A stretch of 64,000 nt of DNA from Tubiluchus corallicola. Taxonomy: Eukaryota; Animalia; Priapulida. The position numbers and the translations under genes are program-made. Of the stretch, positions 29,746 to 63,304 are shown piece after piece. The notes beneath the pieces are model-generated. The model saw only the letters and a program-made list of their open reading frames with translations. It made no database searches and was not told the DNA's origin. The stretch is taken from assembly GCA_030141605.1 (NCBI GenBank), contig JAQGDQ010000652.1, positions 1 through 64,000 on the forward strand, in the 5' to 3' direction. Position 1 is the stretch's first letter. Each line of letters begins with the position of its first letter.

Positions 29746-31569
29746 TATCCCACAGGCAAGTAGCGTCTGATGGCTCTCCAGTCTCCCGTTTAAAAAAAAT
29801 TATGCATCACAGACGCTGCTAATATAAACAAGAATGCGATCAGTTATGTTACCAACGAAACGATTATTTGTCTGTTGCTACAACATAATTCTACACATGT
29901 ATAAAACAATCGTTGTAATTGCAACACTGTGTATAAACTAATTTACACATAATATGATAATATAAAAATCTGTATGCAGGCAACGCCTAACCTACATATA
30001 ATTAGCGGTTAAACATAAAAAAGGTCAAGTGTTGTTACCAATGCTATTGTGGTCCGCTTTGTCTATTGTTGTCTCAAAGCTTCAAGTCTACTCTATTTTT
30101 AAAGAGAAATCCAATTAAAAGATGAAATAACTATATTTTCTCCTCGGTTGATCAGTTGGCTTTTCCTAGAAACTGTACAGTAGACAGTTTTATTGGGCTG
30201 TAGCGAAAAGGTGATGAATAAAATAGTGTGTACAATCACGTAAGTGTACATCAGACTAAGCTACTTAATACGCTAACTTGGAGTGCCCGAAAAGGGCGTG
30301 TTTTTCTTAATTTCGTCCAGTTAAATCACATATAAATGTTTAAAAAAATAACGTGATTGCAAAGATGAGATTATCCCAAACCAAACAGTACCTAATTTGT
30401 AATCATTTAGTTATGTCTGTGCTCGTACAGTAGCAGAAAAGTCGCAAGTCCTATAAGACTTATTTCGAATGGTGCTGCCCTGAAGGAGCTAAATACATAT
30501 AAACCATTGATAAGAATTTATCAATTAAAAATGTTGAGAATGCACACATTAATTTTGAAAAAACTAACATTTTTCCTTACAAGGTGTACGAATGACACAA
30601 AATAAAAGACGAAACTCTAAGACCTTGTTACCTAAGCCTTGTACTTGGGCCCTCGCCCACTTGTAACCTGCTTCAGTCATGTTGATTGTACAATGAATGA
30701 CCCCATCACCAATTCTTTGCCTCTAATGTAACTGGTAACCGTATCTAGTGCAAGATTTCACCCTTTATGACGCATTCGTGCAGTAACACCACATCACCAT
30801 GACAGTACGAAGCTTGATTAAGGAATGGTTGAAGTGATTGGTAATGTTAAAAATGCAAATAAATATTTTACCAAGAGAAGCCTAATTTCCAGATTTGACA
30901 CGTGCATTTTGAGGTAGGAACTACGTAGGCCTAACAACTACAGGGGCTGAAACACTTGCTGCTGATAAATTGCAACAACGAATCATAATACTGACGCGAA
31001 AGACTACAAAATTATTTCGCAATTTTACTAGTCAAATAATTTTCACCGGGTTCTTGACAGAACTGTCGGACCGCTTAATAACCTTGTCTGTGTTTTTCAC
31101 ACTACTTCGAGATTTAATTTGGGGCAGCGAAGGTCCAAGAACTGGCGTTTGAGTAAACGACGATTTTTTCGGCTTCGTCGCCACGGAATTTGGCACAAAA
31201 GGTGGTAATCGATCAAACGACTTATCAGTTTTGAGCTTTGGTCCGACGTTTGTTCTAGATTTGTTAGCACGCTGGCTTCGCTGTTATAATTACGTAAAGT
31301 CACGATAGGTGGCAGCACTGTGTCGTCTCGGCGCGCGCTGTTTTCCAGCGCAAAAAATCTTTGATTTTATTTTACTGTGATCTTTCTTAATACGAGTTTC
31401 GTATTCCATCTGTATTTTAACTGCATCAAGTTCTTCTCCTGGCAGAATAGAATATGTTTTTGCTCGTCTAACTTTCCTCTCCAGACTAGGAGTTGCGTTG
31501 TCGATAATGTCGTCCAAAGACAGTGTTTTTGTCATAGAGCCAGCCAAATCTCTGCGTTGTTGTGACGTA

Positions 31570-32308
31570 CAAATACAACCTACTTCATGAAATTCCCGTC
31601 TTACACAAAAACAGAAAGAAAATTCTCTAACTAAGATATTCTGACACATTTAACTTTTTCTTTGTAGTTTATGTAAGAGAAAATCGGATGTGAAGGTGCC
31701 ATGGATTGCAAGGAAAATTTGAAACTAAATTTCGTTTATTGCACTCGAACGAATTGCAGAAATCATGCGGTATCCAAGAAAGCCGTTGTAAGAACGCTGG
31801 ACCATTTCGGAAGTTTCATGAGCAAAACGGAAGAAAATGTTTTGTTGAAATGCAACTTCGATACCCAGTTTCATTTGCGACGATCTAAAAATTAGGCGTG
31901 GAATGCTGACATGCATACGCGATTAAGCTGCCATTGTAACGTCACGGATTTCAAAGAGCCGCGAATTTTTTGCAACGGTTTAGAATTTCCTACGTTCAAC
32001 AGTCACCGAACTATTCCCAGACAATGCTTTGTGACATTTCTCGCAAATCATCCATACGAAAATCTCACGACTTTCGCCACGTTTTTGTAAATTTTCGCCA
32101 TTTTTCTCCAGGAAAAACTGCAAAGATGAGGAAGGCATGAACTGCGCACGGGTATATATCGATCATTTCACTGCAATTTCGTGGAATTTTCCATGTGGGA
32201 CAACCGTTGTTCGTAAAACTGAATTCACAGTTTAGGTAAACTTTATAGGCTTATAACTGAGGGTTGAAAATCCTGTAGATTGTGTACTTAGGTGTATTAT
32301 AACAAGCC
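31570..32308 (+). repeat. About 740-bp interspersed repeat, copy 2 (probably the right part of a larger unclassified element starting near 30930)
   Basis: Direct-orientation match to 26955-27679. Confidence 0.9.
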
Positions 32309-33544
32309 TATTCATTCTATTATTGTAATGCCATGTTCAGACGTAGAGACATCATTCACAACTAGTTGTATAACTTCTCTCAGAGTGACGCATGTGTGAA
32401 CAGCTTGGCAAGTTCTCTCATAACTTACTGCAAACTAAGTGAGAGTTGTTGAGAGTCAGCTTGTGCTGAGGTCAAACAGTAGAGACTAGACATTTAAACA
32501 CAATAGACAAATGACCAGATGTAAGTATTGGGTCATATAGATTTACATCAACCACAAAAGATTTATCTGTGCAAAATAAAAGATCCAGGCAGTTACGTGT
32601 TCCGGTAACCAGATCTACGTGTGTAGACATAATGACAGCTTATTCTATCCCTAAATTTTTAACAGCATTAATTAAAATATTAACAAAACTATTAATAAAA
32701 CTTAACAGATGTACACAGGTAAATACCACCTCCAGGATATTATTTACTGAAAGGTTATTGAAAATTGACTTTTCAAAACATTTGTATTTCTGCAGACATA
32801 AGTAAGCAGTAATTTTGCTCTTTGTGTCTCTCCCGTATCCATTTTAACCTGTCTTGTCTTATGTTGTACACTTTTTATTGTTTTATGCATTAGAAACTGC
32901 CTGGAAAATTAGAAGTCAATATTCCACAGGGCAAATGAAGGCAGTCGTCCAAGGACAGGCTGCTTCAAAATTACGCTGCACATTACGAGAGTTCGCTATT
33001 GTATCCAAAATGACGGTGCGCCTAAAGAGAATATTTTGTATAGCGGACATGCGCACTGCCCCGCCCAACGGTTTGCCAAACTGTTCGATTCTGTTTTCAC
33101 GTGTTCTAGAATCTGGAAGTTTATTCCAGTAAGTTTCAAAAATTTCTTTTTAGCGTTTTTAAGTTATGTTATGATTTTAATCTCCATTCGACTGCTCTTA
33201 ATTAGATGACGTAATTTTATTAACTTGATAGTTTTGGGAAGACGATGATTTACATAAAACTTGTAAGCTTTTGCCACAAAATCAGCAACGATGTGATAAT
33301 TATGATAACAAACATCCTAATTACAGCGATGTCTCAAATAAAATTAATGGCAAAGTTTATTTTGCAATAGGCATCTTACCAATCGTTCAAAATGGCATAT
33401 AAAAAGTCTACTTTGGATTATGGTAGCAGGAGGTGGCAAATGGATGATCTATGAGACAGGGACCACTTGTTAACATTGTTCCTTTTTGTATGACGCGGCT
33501 TTTTCTCTTCACGGCTTACGCTTTACTAATTATGTCCAGCTTTA

Positions 33545-34290
33545 TTAACAACGAGACTAATTATTTTCAGAAAGTTCAAAAGTTGATACGATGGTGTGAG
33601 CAGAATAATTTAGAATTGAAATGTTTCAAAAACAAAATAAATTATCATAGATTTTAGAAAAGGGACTGACGGAAAAGCACCTTTGCTTATAAATGATACA
33701 GCTGTAGAAATTGTTAAAGATTTCAAATTTATGGGAATAAAAATTTCAGATAAAGCCTGCCAGCATTTGTACCTTTTAACGCAACTCAAATCATGTAACA
33801 CTTTCCCTGCTGTGATGGAGAGTTTTTATCGTGCAGTAACTGAGAGCATCTTAACAACATCCCTCACTGTTTGGTATGGAGCTACCACGCAGGGAGATAG
33901 TGCAATGCTCTTGATCAAGTTGTTAAATCTATCTCAAAAATCCATAGAGTTGAACAGCAATCTATGGCACATTTGTATGAAACTAGGGTGGCAAAGAAGA
34001 GTGCAAGTTATCATGAAAGATGAATTCCATCCAGGTAAAAAATATTTTGAAATGCTCCCCTCTGGTCGTCGATTCCGTTCGGTTAACGCTAAAACCACAA
34101 GAACGTTAAATTCTTTCTATTCCGCTGCAATTCGCACCATCAACAGTAAATCTCCAATATTAATTCTCAATGTGACTGTACAACTGATTGAATTATTTGT
34201 ATTAATCTCCTTGTCATTTCCATATGTTATTGCAGTACGTAAAACCAAATAAATTTCATTGTATGTATTACGCTATAATGACAATAAATT
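33545..34290 (+). mobile_element. Rex1/Babar-type (CR1/L2 group) LINE 3' fragment
   Basis: WCEQNNLEL, VEIVKDFKFMGIKISD, FYRAVTESILTTSLTVWYG, HPGKKYFEMLPSGRRFRS..TTRTLNSFYSAAIRTIN; 3' UTR aatttcattgta..aatgacaataaa. Confidence 0.85.
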
Positions 34291-37200
34291 GATTACTATG
34301 TGATACGGGCCTAAACTTGAGAACTTTGGTAAAGCGGCGAAATCACATAATCGTGGCGTAACTCTGTCATTAACACAGTGGAGATCTGGGATACCTGATT
34401 GTGAATTTACAAGGATAGATCATAAAATCGAATGTTACTGCTCTCTCACCAAAAACCCTAATCAAAAATTAATGAGAATTGTTTTGCATCAGCGTTACGA
34501 AGTCACAATTTCTAGTAACTTGAGTAACGTCTTACTGTAAAAGGCCTTAGGTTGTAACTTGGGTCTGCCATGTTTAGAATTGGCCGCCCAATGTTGATAT
34601 CTTTTAGAAGATCCAAAACCTTCTTTATCTACATGGCTCGGATTATGAGCTGAAAAAAACAATAAAAAAACACCTTAGTGATGATAACGAACAATTAAGT
34701 GTCAAAATAGGGTAACATAGCAACGGTAACTAGGGTAACATAGCAACGGAAACTAGGGTAGCATAGCAACGGTAACTAGTGTGACATAGCAAGCATTTCA
34801 ATGTTGGTAACTTTTGGGCTATTTTTGGTGCATTCGAGTTTTCAGGAAAATGCCTAAAACGCTTTATAACAAAATTTTTGTAGAGCAGCAAAAGATGAGA
34901 ATAGGCAATTTTATGTAAGCTGGACATTGCTAACTGCATATGCCTGTTCAAAAAAGACTTTAGGCTTCATTAATGCTGATATGTAGAAAACTTGCCAAGT
35001 AACGGTTAAACGATTAGTGATTTTCTAAACGGTTGCACCAGTTAGCGGTCGGGTAAACAGTTAACCATCTCTGCCTTCCCGGGTAATATCTTTATCGCAC
35101 ACCAGCCGGGAGTTTTATAATTTTTTTTGTACATTCATTTTCATTTTTCCAATTTAAAGTTTAAAACGCAATAATTACTATGATATCACTGTTTTTGTAC
35201 GGTTAACTCTCGTCCGGGGTTGCCATTTTGTGTGATGCTGATTATTGTATTGAAGGCTAAGAGTGTCATATTTTCAGCCAAATCAGTATATTAACGGCCG
35301 AATAGTGTTGCTTTTTATACCATAATTATCGGAACATACCGTACTAAAAAGAGACTATATGATAGTCTATAATTATACGATAATTTAGTAATGCAAAACA
35401 AAAAAAACTAAAAAAAACATGCATGAAAAATGCACATTGGCAAAATTTAAAACAATAATGCAGTTTAGTATGAGATAAATAAAGTTTGTTCCCAGATTTT
35501 TAAATATTCCACGATTCAGTTTACAATTGACAAATTTAAAAAAAATTCCCGCCTACGTTTTCCCGTCTACTGACAACTTTTCAGCTCATGAGGTAAGACA
35601 GGAACGTATTTTTTGCGGCCAGCCTAGCTTTCAAAATGGATCTTTGTTTGAAGTTATTTAAAATGGATTTTTGTTCGAAGCCAGGTTTCCGTTTTTAGAC
35701 ATCCAGTTGCTTACAGTTAAAATTGCACTAGTTTAAACTCATAACAAAAGAGCATTCTGTACTCATTGAAGACTTTTTCTTAGTAGTTCTTAGTAGAACT
35801 ATTAGGCAATGGTGAAGAAGGTTTACATTTCCCACATGCTAGAAATTTGTTCGTGAAATGGATTAGGGTTAGGATTAGAGTTAGGGTATTATAGTGCGGG
35901 GAATTGTAAACTCTTTCCCAATTTTGCTCTTGCATTTATTGAAAAGGGGTCTCTGCATTTGACTTCTGCCCCGTGCCGGTTCGTTTATAGGTACTGTGGA
36001 ACTGCAGCACCCCCTATTTTCACCCAATATTATCTGTCAAGTTCAATATAATAAGTCTTTTTTCTTTAGTTCTTTCTTTATACTTGTACGGAACCAGAGC
36101 ACGTGAGGGTAGTACTGTTTGCTTCACAGCCCAGCACTGTGGTGTGTTTGGCTGTTGTGCACGTGGTTATGCACACATGTCTGAGTTAACATACGGTACG
36201 CTGTACTGCTAGTGTCTGCTGCTAGGTAGAGAAAGTACTGTCGCTCATACAGTATGCCGTCAGTGGTCACATGCTTAAAAACCGTATATCGGCATGTTCT
36301 TGAATGTGATAAAGTGTAGAACTAGATTTCAGCTATTAGAATTAGATATGCCACAATTTGGGCTGTTCGTAAGCAAAAAATGTCGATTTTATCAAATTTA
36401 CGTATAAATTTTCGTGTGTTTGTTTATTTGAAATTACAATTACAAATTACAGCATTAAAATCACATGTTTGTTTCGTTTTACGCAGTATTAAAACAATGG
36501 CTAAACATTTTGTGAAGCAGCAGCCCACTAATTTTAAGTACGAACCACCACTGCATCTGCCCATAGTTAAATTTAATAGTTTAGTAGAGGTTACTTGGTC
36601 GTCGGACGCAGTATTCTGCTTATCATGTCACCCTACATTTGCCCAAGCATGGCGGTGAATGCGCACCTTGGACCATGGTCCTAACTACTAATCAGTTGAA
36701 AGCAGTGAAGTCATTAAAGCAAAACAGGACGATTTTTCATATCCTACCCGATTTTGAAGTATGGTAAAAATGTATGCGTTTAGTACCAATAATACTGCAA
36801 AAGTGTTTCTAGTAATTAGGTAATAGGTTTAAAATTTAATTAATGGCGGACAAGCTCAGCTAGTGATGGTGTCACAAACGAACACAATTTTCAACAGCAC
36901 AGACATTCCATGAGCGTTTTGAACATGTTGGCAAAGGTGAAAATGTGCTCATGCACGAGCTGTCGAATGTGTGTATTACATCACAAACGAACAGCTCTGA
37001 TCTGACAGGTACAGCACTTGCTCTTCATACAACACGTATCCGAAATGCAGGCGCTAGCGCCCGTCTAACTAGCGAACTGTGAAATGCATGTAACAGCGAA
37101 GAACTAGTGGGGGGGAACGCGAAATTGTGTTTGTGAGGTAATAATTCTTTCATGTAAGTCATTCTTTAAAAAATAGTATGTTTCCTTCAATATTTTAAAA

Positions 37201-39049
37201 TGTAGATTGTTTTGACCAACAGTTTAAGATTGGATCCAGTTTTCCTTCAATTAACATAAATGATGGCCGTCTAAGAGGTTTTGTGATAGTTTGTTTACGA
37301 AAAACTCGCAAATCCTTTGTTATTAAATAAAATCAAACTTAGTGACGGCAAATTAATGATTCTAGGCTGGCAAAAGCTTGCTCCTTGACGGTGCATGTTT
37401 TATATACATTAGAATCAAGGGCTGTACAGAAGTTGAACAGACAGTGTTGTACAGTCAGTTCACGGAATTCGAGGAATTCAGTTTTAAATTTAACTGCTCA
37501 GTTCTTTCTTATTAATCCAACAACAATTAACACATTTCAGCATAAAATTCTAAGATTTAATCTCTTTTTTAACAGACTGATGATTTTATGTTTTTAAATG
37601 CAACATCGATGGCTACTTTTGTGAAAAAGAAAAAAACACGCGCTCGTATTTATTTTATACATGTGTATTTTCAGATTTTGATGTGGTTAGTAGAACTTTT
37701 ACTAAACAGAGACAAACAGGTCTGACATTACATTGACTAAGATTATTAGTTTTACCTTGTATATCAGAAATACAGCAAGGATAACTTAATTTAAACATGG
37801 TTAGACAGTATAACCTTTTTGAGGGTGGCTGACCTCGATAACTTATAGTTCTTTCGCCACCCTTTCACCACTAATCAATAATTACTTTTGCACTCTGTAA
37901 TATTATTGTATGTTGTACAGATTTATAAACCTCTTAGTTATGTATTTTGCTATTTTCAAAATGGTGATAAACTAATAAACTTGCTTACTTACTATAAAAC
38001 TCGCAAAGCAGCTGTAGCTAACTAGACGCGCATGCGTGGTTTCACTGTGAAATGAACCTTTTTGCTGCACAGGATTTCGAGAAAAATTGGAAATTTTTCT
38101 GTCAACAATTCTGTGCGTCATTTTTCCTTGCACCCTCACTGTGAAATGGGCCTTTGTCGAACAGTAACCATATTACCTGGCTAGTATTAACCCTTTGCCA
38201 CAGCTGCTGTAGATAGGTCACTGTGTCAGCATTTGTTGCTCATAGAAAACGTACAATGTAAAACAAGAATTTAGGATTAACAATGACCCCAGTTTATGCA
38301 GTCATTTATTGTCGAATCAGCAGCACGCCTGCGCAGTTTAGTTTGCGTGTCCAGAAACCCATCTGCCCTGTTTACCATGATTTTTTGACCTACAAAGTGG
38401 TAAAAGTGCTCAGAAAACTGTGATTGGCCATTGGCCGTTGTTGTCTTATTGTATATATTTTTATAATGTCTCTTTTATAATGTATATTTTGTTTTAAATT
38501 TTTGGCACAGTAGTTTTTAGTTTGCACTGGACGCATTTGCCTTTAACAGTTGTGTGAATTTTATTCTCATGCTGCGATGTTCTTTTATGCTTTTGTAGTT
38601 ATGAATATCGATTTTTTATGGCAAATAAAGATTTGTGATAAACACAAATACAAGATTATTTTACGTTTTCTTTTTATTCATTTCCTTCTGTTTTCTTTCT
38701 ACTAACTGCGACATAGCTCTTCTTTATTTTCATCTTCCCTTTTCATTCTTTGTTTTACGTTTCCTGGCGTCTTAACAAGGTCCCCTCCGTAGCTACCATG
38801 CGGCAAACTTCGACACATGTACTGCGTTTAGGGAGTCAGAAATTGTCTTATTTTTTGCGTATATATTTGCATTGTTGTAGTTTGCTTGCTTGACGGCAAA
38901 ATAAACTGAATTTGAAATGGAGCGAACTTCATATGGAAGATTATTGAAACTAGTTTTTTTCCTTTCTTATTTGGGCGATTGGGCGTGTACGCTACCACCC
39001 CAGACTTGTGGGGTTGCCAAAATAAGCGAGACGTGAGTCAGCGCCGGGC

Positions 39050-39347
39050 GTTTGCTCAGCGGCTATAGTTGTGCTGTCTTATTTAAACAGGTTCCACAGT
39101 CTGTGAGCGAGCGAGACTCAATGAGTGAATTCGTTCACTGCCATTAGGTGTTTGCTGTGAGCTTGGCAGCACTTGCAGCTTGTGACAATTGCTGTATTGG
39201 CTGCTGTACTAGTTGTTCTTCCACTCTGTGAGATCATTAATTGCTGAATTATGTGAAAAGTGAAGTTTCTGTTCGATTAGTTCATTGTCGTGTTCACAGT
39301 TTTAATACCGTCTTGTGTGCAATTTTTCTTGCTAACAGGTGTTTTAG
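39050..39347 (+). other. Candidate non-coding first exon / promoter of the ERM gene
   Basis: Unique, more GC-rich, TE-free segment (tgagtca AP-1 site, gggcg boxes) ending in candidate donors at 39339 and 39348 (AG/gtatgg), upstream of the ATG exon acceptor at 40744; start position uncertain. Confidence 0.4.
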
Positions 39348-39379
39348 GTATGGAAATCTAAAATAGTCATATCCCAGTT

Positions 39380-39912
39380 GAAAATAGTTAATGCATAGTT
39401 CACAGGTGAATTTTTATCTTGCAAATAGCTAATGCATAGTTCACATGTGAATTTTTATCTTGCAAATAGCTAATGCATAGTTCACATGTTAATTTTTACC
39501 TTGTAAATAGTTAATGCATAGTTCACGTGTGAATTTATAGCTTGTAAATAGCTAATGCATAGTTCACATGTGAATTTTTACCTTGCAAATACCTAATGCG
39601 TAGTTCACATGTGAATTTTTACTTTGTAAATAGCTAATGCATAGTTCACATGTGAATTTTTACCTTGCAAATAGCTAATACATAGTTCACATGTGAATTT
39701 TTACCTTGCAAATAGCTAATGCATAGTTCGCATGTGAATTTTTGTTTTGCAAATAGCTAATAGATAGTTCACATATGAATTTTTACCTTGCAAATAGCTA
39801 ATGCATAGTTCACATATGAATTTTTGTCTTGCAAATAGCTAATGCATAGTTCACATATGAATTTTTGCCTTGCAAATAGCTAATGCATAGTTCACATGTG
39901 AATTTTTATCTT
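39380..39912. repeat. 41-bp minisatellite x13 with palindromic TTCACATGTGAA core
   Basis: Unit aaatagctaatgcatagttcacatgtgaatttttaccttgc. Confidence 0.92.
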
Positions 39913-40334
39913 GTACATTTCTATAGTTGTGTTTCATGACAACTGTACGAGTTTCGTGTTTTAGTTGTTTGTTTTTATTTGAGCTTTTGAGGTTCACATT
40001 TGAGCTGCTGTGGTTAGTGGCAGTTTTGTGTTGTTTTTCACTCTTGCTGTGCACAAATTTGTGTTGTTCGTTGTCTTTTAAATTTTCTTTTATATTTTTC
40101 CTCTTGACTGTAAATTTGTGTCTATTATTGTTTATGAAAGGGTGTAGCTTTTTGAATTATCTGTGAGCTCAAAAATCCATAGAGTTTGTATGAATATAAG
40201 AGAGTTTTTTCTCATCTGAAAACAAACACTGCATACTGTAGATCTGTAGATATTTACCTAGTCTACTGTTGTACGTTGATAAAGTTTGCACAAATTGTTT
40301 CTCAGTGTGAACAATTGGTGGTTATGATGACATA

Positions 40335-40679
40335 CAGTCGACCCTCGTTAAACCGGACCCCGTTAGCCCGGATATCGGAGAAGACGGACGTCATCCGTGG
40401 TAAAGGAAACTGACCGATTTCCGTCCGAGCCGGAGCGCTAAACGCAACACGGCCTACCAACTGTACAATAATTTCTTTACCCTCACAGGTTAACTATTTT
40501 AAAGTAATATACAGTATAGTATATAGTGCACAGTATATAGTGCAATGTATATAGGCCTTATTAAGGTGATTATTCCTGTATAATATAGACCATATATAGG
40601 CATATGGGATAAATCGGACAATCGGCTAAACCGGACCATCCACACCCCCCAATTAGTCTGGTTTAACGAGGGTTGACTG
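40335..40679. mobile_element. Tigger/pogo-like MITE (TIR CAGTCGACCCTCGTTAAACCGGA, TA TSD); second copy at 60949-61267
   Basis: ta|cagtcgaccctcgttaaac ... gtttaacgagggttgactg|ta. Confidence 0.88.
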
Positions 40680-40853
40680 TAATTGTTTTTATTGGTTTAA
40701 CACGGCATTTTGCACAATTTAATTAACTATGTTCGTATTTTCAGCATAAAAGTGTTTGCATCCCCGGTAAAGTTTTGAAAAGTTTAGTGTGAAACTTCGG
40801 ACACGGGGAACGCGTGATTTGATATATTAAAGGGACCACTACTATACAACACA

Positions 40854-60855
<20,002 letters not shown>

Positions 60856-61898
60856 GTAAAAATCGGTTTTATTTAAATAATAAATGCGCTAAAATTTTCA
60901 AATCTAAACTCCCACTTCTTTGTTTATTGGGCCGACGAAATAAATATACAGTTGACCCTCGTTAAATCGGACCCCGTTAGCCCGGATATCGGATAAGACG
61001 GACGTAAAGGAAACTGACCGATTTCCGTCCGAGCCGGAGCGCTAAACACAGCACTGCCTACCAACTGGACAATAATTTCTTTATCCTCACAGGTCAACTA
61101 TTTTAAAGTAATATACAGTATAGTATATAGTGCACAGTATATAGTGCAATGTATATGGGCCTTATTAAGGTGATTATTACTGTATAATATAGACCATATA
61201 TAGACATATCGGATAAATCCGCTAAACCGGACCACCCTCAATTATCCGGTTTAACGAGGGTTGACTGTACTTTTGTTTCGTCTAATCACCCAGGTAATGT
61301 TTTGATCACACACCTGGCCAGGAATTTTATAATTTTTTTATATGTTCATACACTCGTATAAAAGCGCATTTTTTAATTTAAAACGTAAAACTCGATAATT
61401 ATTATAATATTGTTTTGGCGAGTATACAGCCATGTTTTGCTACGACTAACTCTCGGCTGGGATTGCCGTTTTGTATGATGCTAAAATTATCGAATTTTCC
61501 GTCAAATTATCATATTGACAGCCAGGTAGTGTTGCCGCTTATACTATAATGATCAAAACTTGCGTTCATACTGTATAAAAAACAGACTATATGACAGGTG
61601 GTAATTCTATGTTAATTTAGTAATGGAAGAGCTTAAGACTCAAAAACAAAGCATGAAAAAATGTGCATTGAAAAAAATTTGAAACGTTACTGCTAACCAG
61701 TGAGAAATAAACAAACTTTGATTTCAACTGACTTTAAATATTCCACGATTCAGCTTTAAACATTCACAAAACTTTAGGGAATGCTTTTTCCCTCTTTTCT
61801 TCCTCTTTCTTCTCCTTTCTACTGACATTTTTTGAGCTCATGAGGTAAGACAGAAAGTGAATTTTTTGTTGCCGGCCTCGGTATGGTCTAGTCCAGTC

Positions 61899-62379
61899 CA
61901 GGGGTGTGCAAATTGCGGCCCGCCGAGAGAATTTGTGCGGCCCGCGAAGAGATTTGTCAACCTAATGAAAGTGCGGCCCAGGCGAAAAATTGAGTGTATC
62001 CAGCTGAAGTCCGTGCCACGATCCCAAAGATAGTGCAGGTAGTTTTTTCTACTAGATCGGATGCCATTAACCCTTACAAGACGGTTGTAGCTTAATGTCA
62101 CTGTACTACACAGACTGTGTTATACACATTACTAATATGCATTGTAATGAAATTACACTATCTGCCCTGAAAGTAGAAATATATGGTTTGTAATATAAAT
62201 TTTAATAACTTCTAAAATAGTTTCTTGAGTGTAGTAGTAATGATGTACGCAGGTCGGATGCAAAAAAATCGTTATTAGGCCTTTCTGTACTTGGCTCCTT
62301 GATCAAACTGCCTGTGGCCCGCAGGAATTACGGGAAAGTTTAATGTGGCCCGGCTAGTCAGATAATTTGCACACCCCTG
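61899..62379 (-). mobile_element. hAT (Charlie-like) MITE, copy 2
   Basis: Inverted copy of 11201-11684; TSD gtccagtc/gtctagtc. Confidence 0.88.
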
Positions 62380-62793
62380 GTCTAGTCGTAAACTGGGACT
62401 AACCTTTCTCACCGTAAATGCCGTCATTACCTGTGCTGTGAGATCAGCCATTAACTGATGCAGGTGATAAACGGCTTTTATATGATGGTGCTAATAAACA
62501 GGTGTTCTCGCTCCGTTGACTCAACGACACATTAACACACGAGTTCTTGCAATAGTAACACATTAAATGCAATATAATAATCAGTCGATACGTTTATGCT
62601 GCTAACTGTGTAAGCAGATTGGCTGTTTTTAATGTGCATATTGCCCGGGTACGTGTAAATAAGCATTGTATGTAGAAACGCGTGCTGTATTGGCTATGTT
62701 AACTAGGTTACCTTTGTAAAGTACAGATCTCCTCCATTACTGTTGTAAGAAATTATAAATATATGATGTTGTCTCAAGTTTTAGGAACAAAGA

Positions 62794-63304
62794 CAGGGAT
62801 GAGAATTTTCCGCCGATACCCGGAATTCTGAGTTTTTGGTAGACCAGAGGTGCCATTTTTGTAAATCGCATAAATTCGTTGAGAAAATTTTTACGGACTC
62901 AGTACATTATTTCACAAGCTGACCGCTAGTTGGCAGGCCGTCACTTTGTTTACATCACGTACATCAGTGTAACCACGTGTAGATCTCTATGTATAAAAGT
63001 ATAGAATCAATTGTGCGGAGTTATTTGGGTCACATGCAGACAGTTTTTATCTACTTTTGCTTAGGAGCTGCCAGTACTGGAGACAATTAGGTATCATGTA
63101 TCTTTAATAGTTGGGTATTTTAAATTATGCATGAAACAAGGTAACTGATATTTTAAGTCCACTTAGAGGTCTCTATGGTCACAAAATTGCAATTTGTTGC
63201 TGGCTCCAAGGGGGTTTTGCCCCTCCACACCATTGGGGGCCTAAGTGGCCCCAAAACCCCCGGCTGTTTCAGAGTTTTTTTGCAATTTGTCATTCTCATG
63301 CCTG
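62794..63304 (+). mobile_element. hAT-like MITE (CAGGGATGAGAAT family) flanked by a 55-bp direct repeat
   Basis: cagggatgagaat ... attctcatgcctg; flanks 62737-62791 and 63305-63359 match. Confidence 0.85.

Noticed and set aside
31290-31649. 119-aa ORF as a transposase or recombinase
   Set aside because: No catalytic motif recognisable; it lies within a repeat whose class could not be determined
35862-35887. Telomeric TTAGGG repeats
   Set aside because: Only about 4 imperfect units, interstitial; not a telomere
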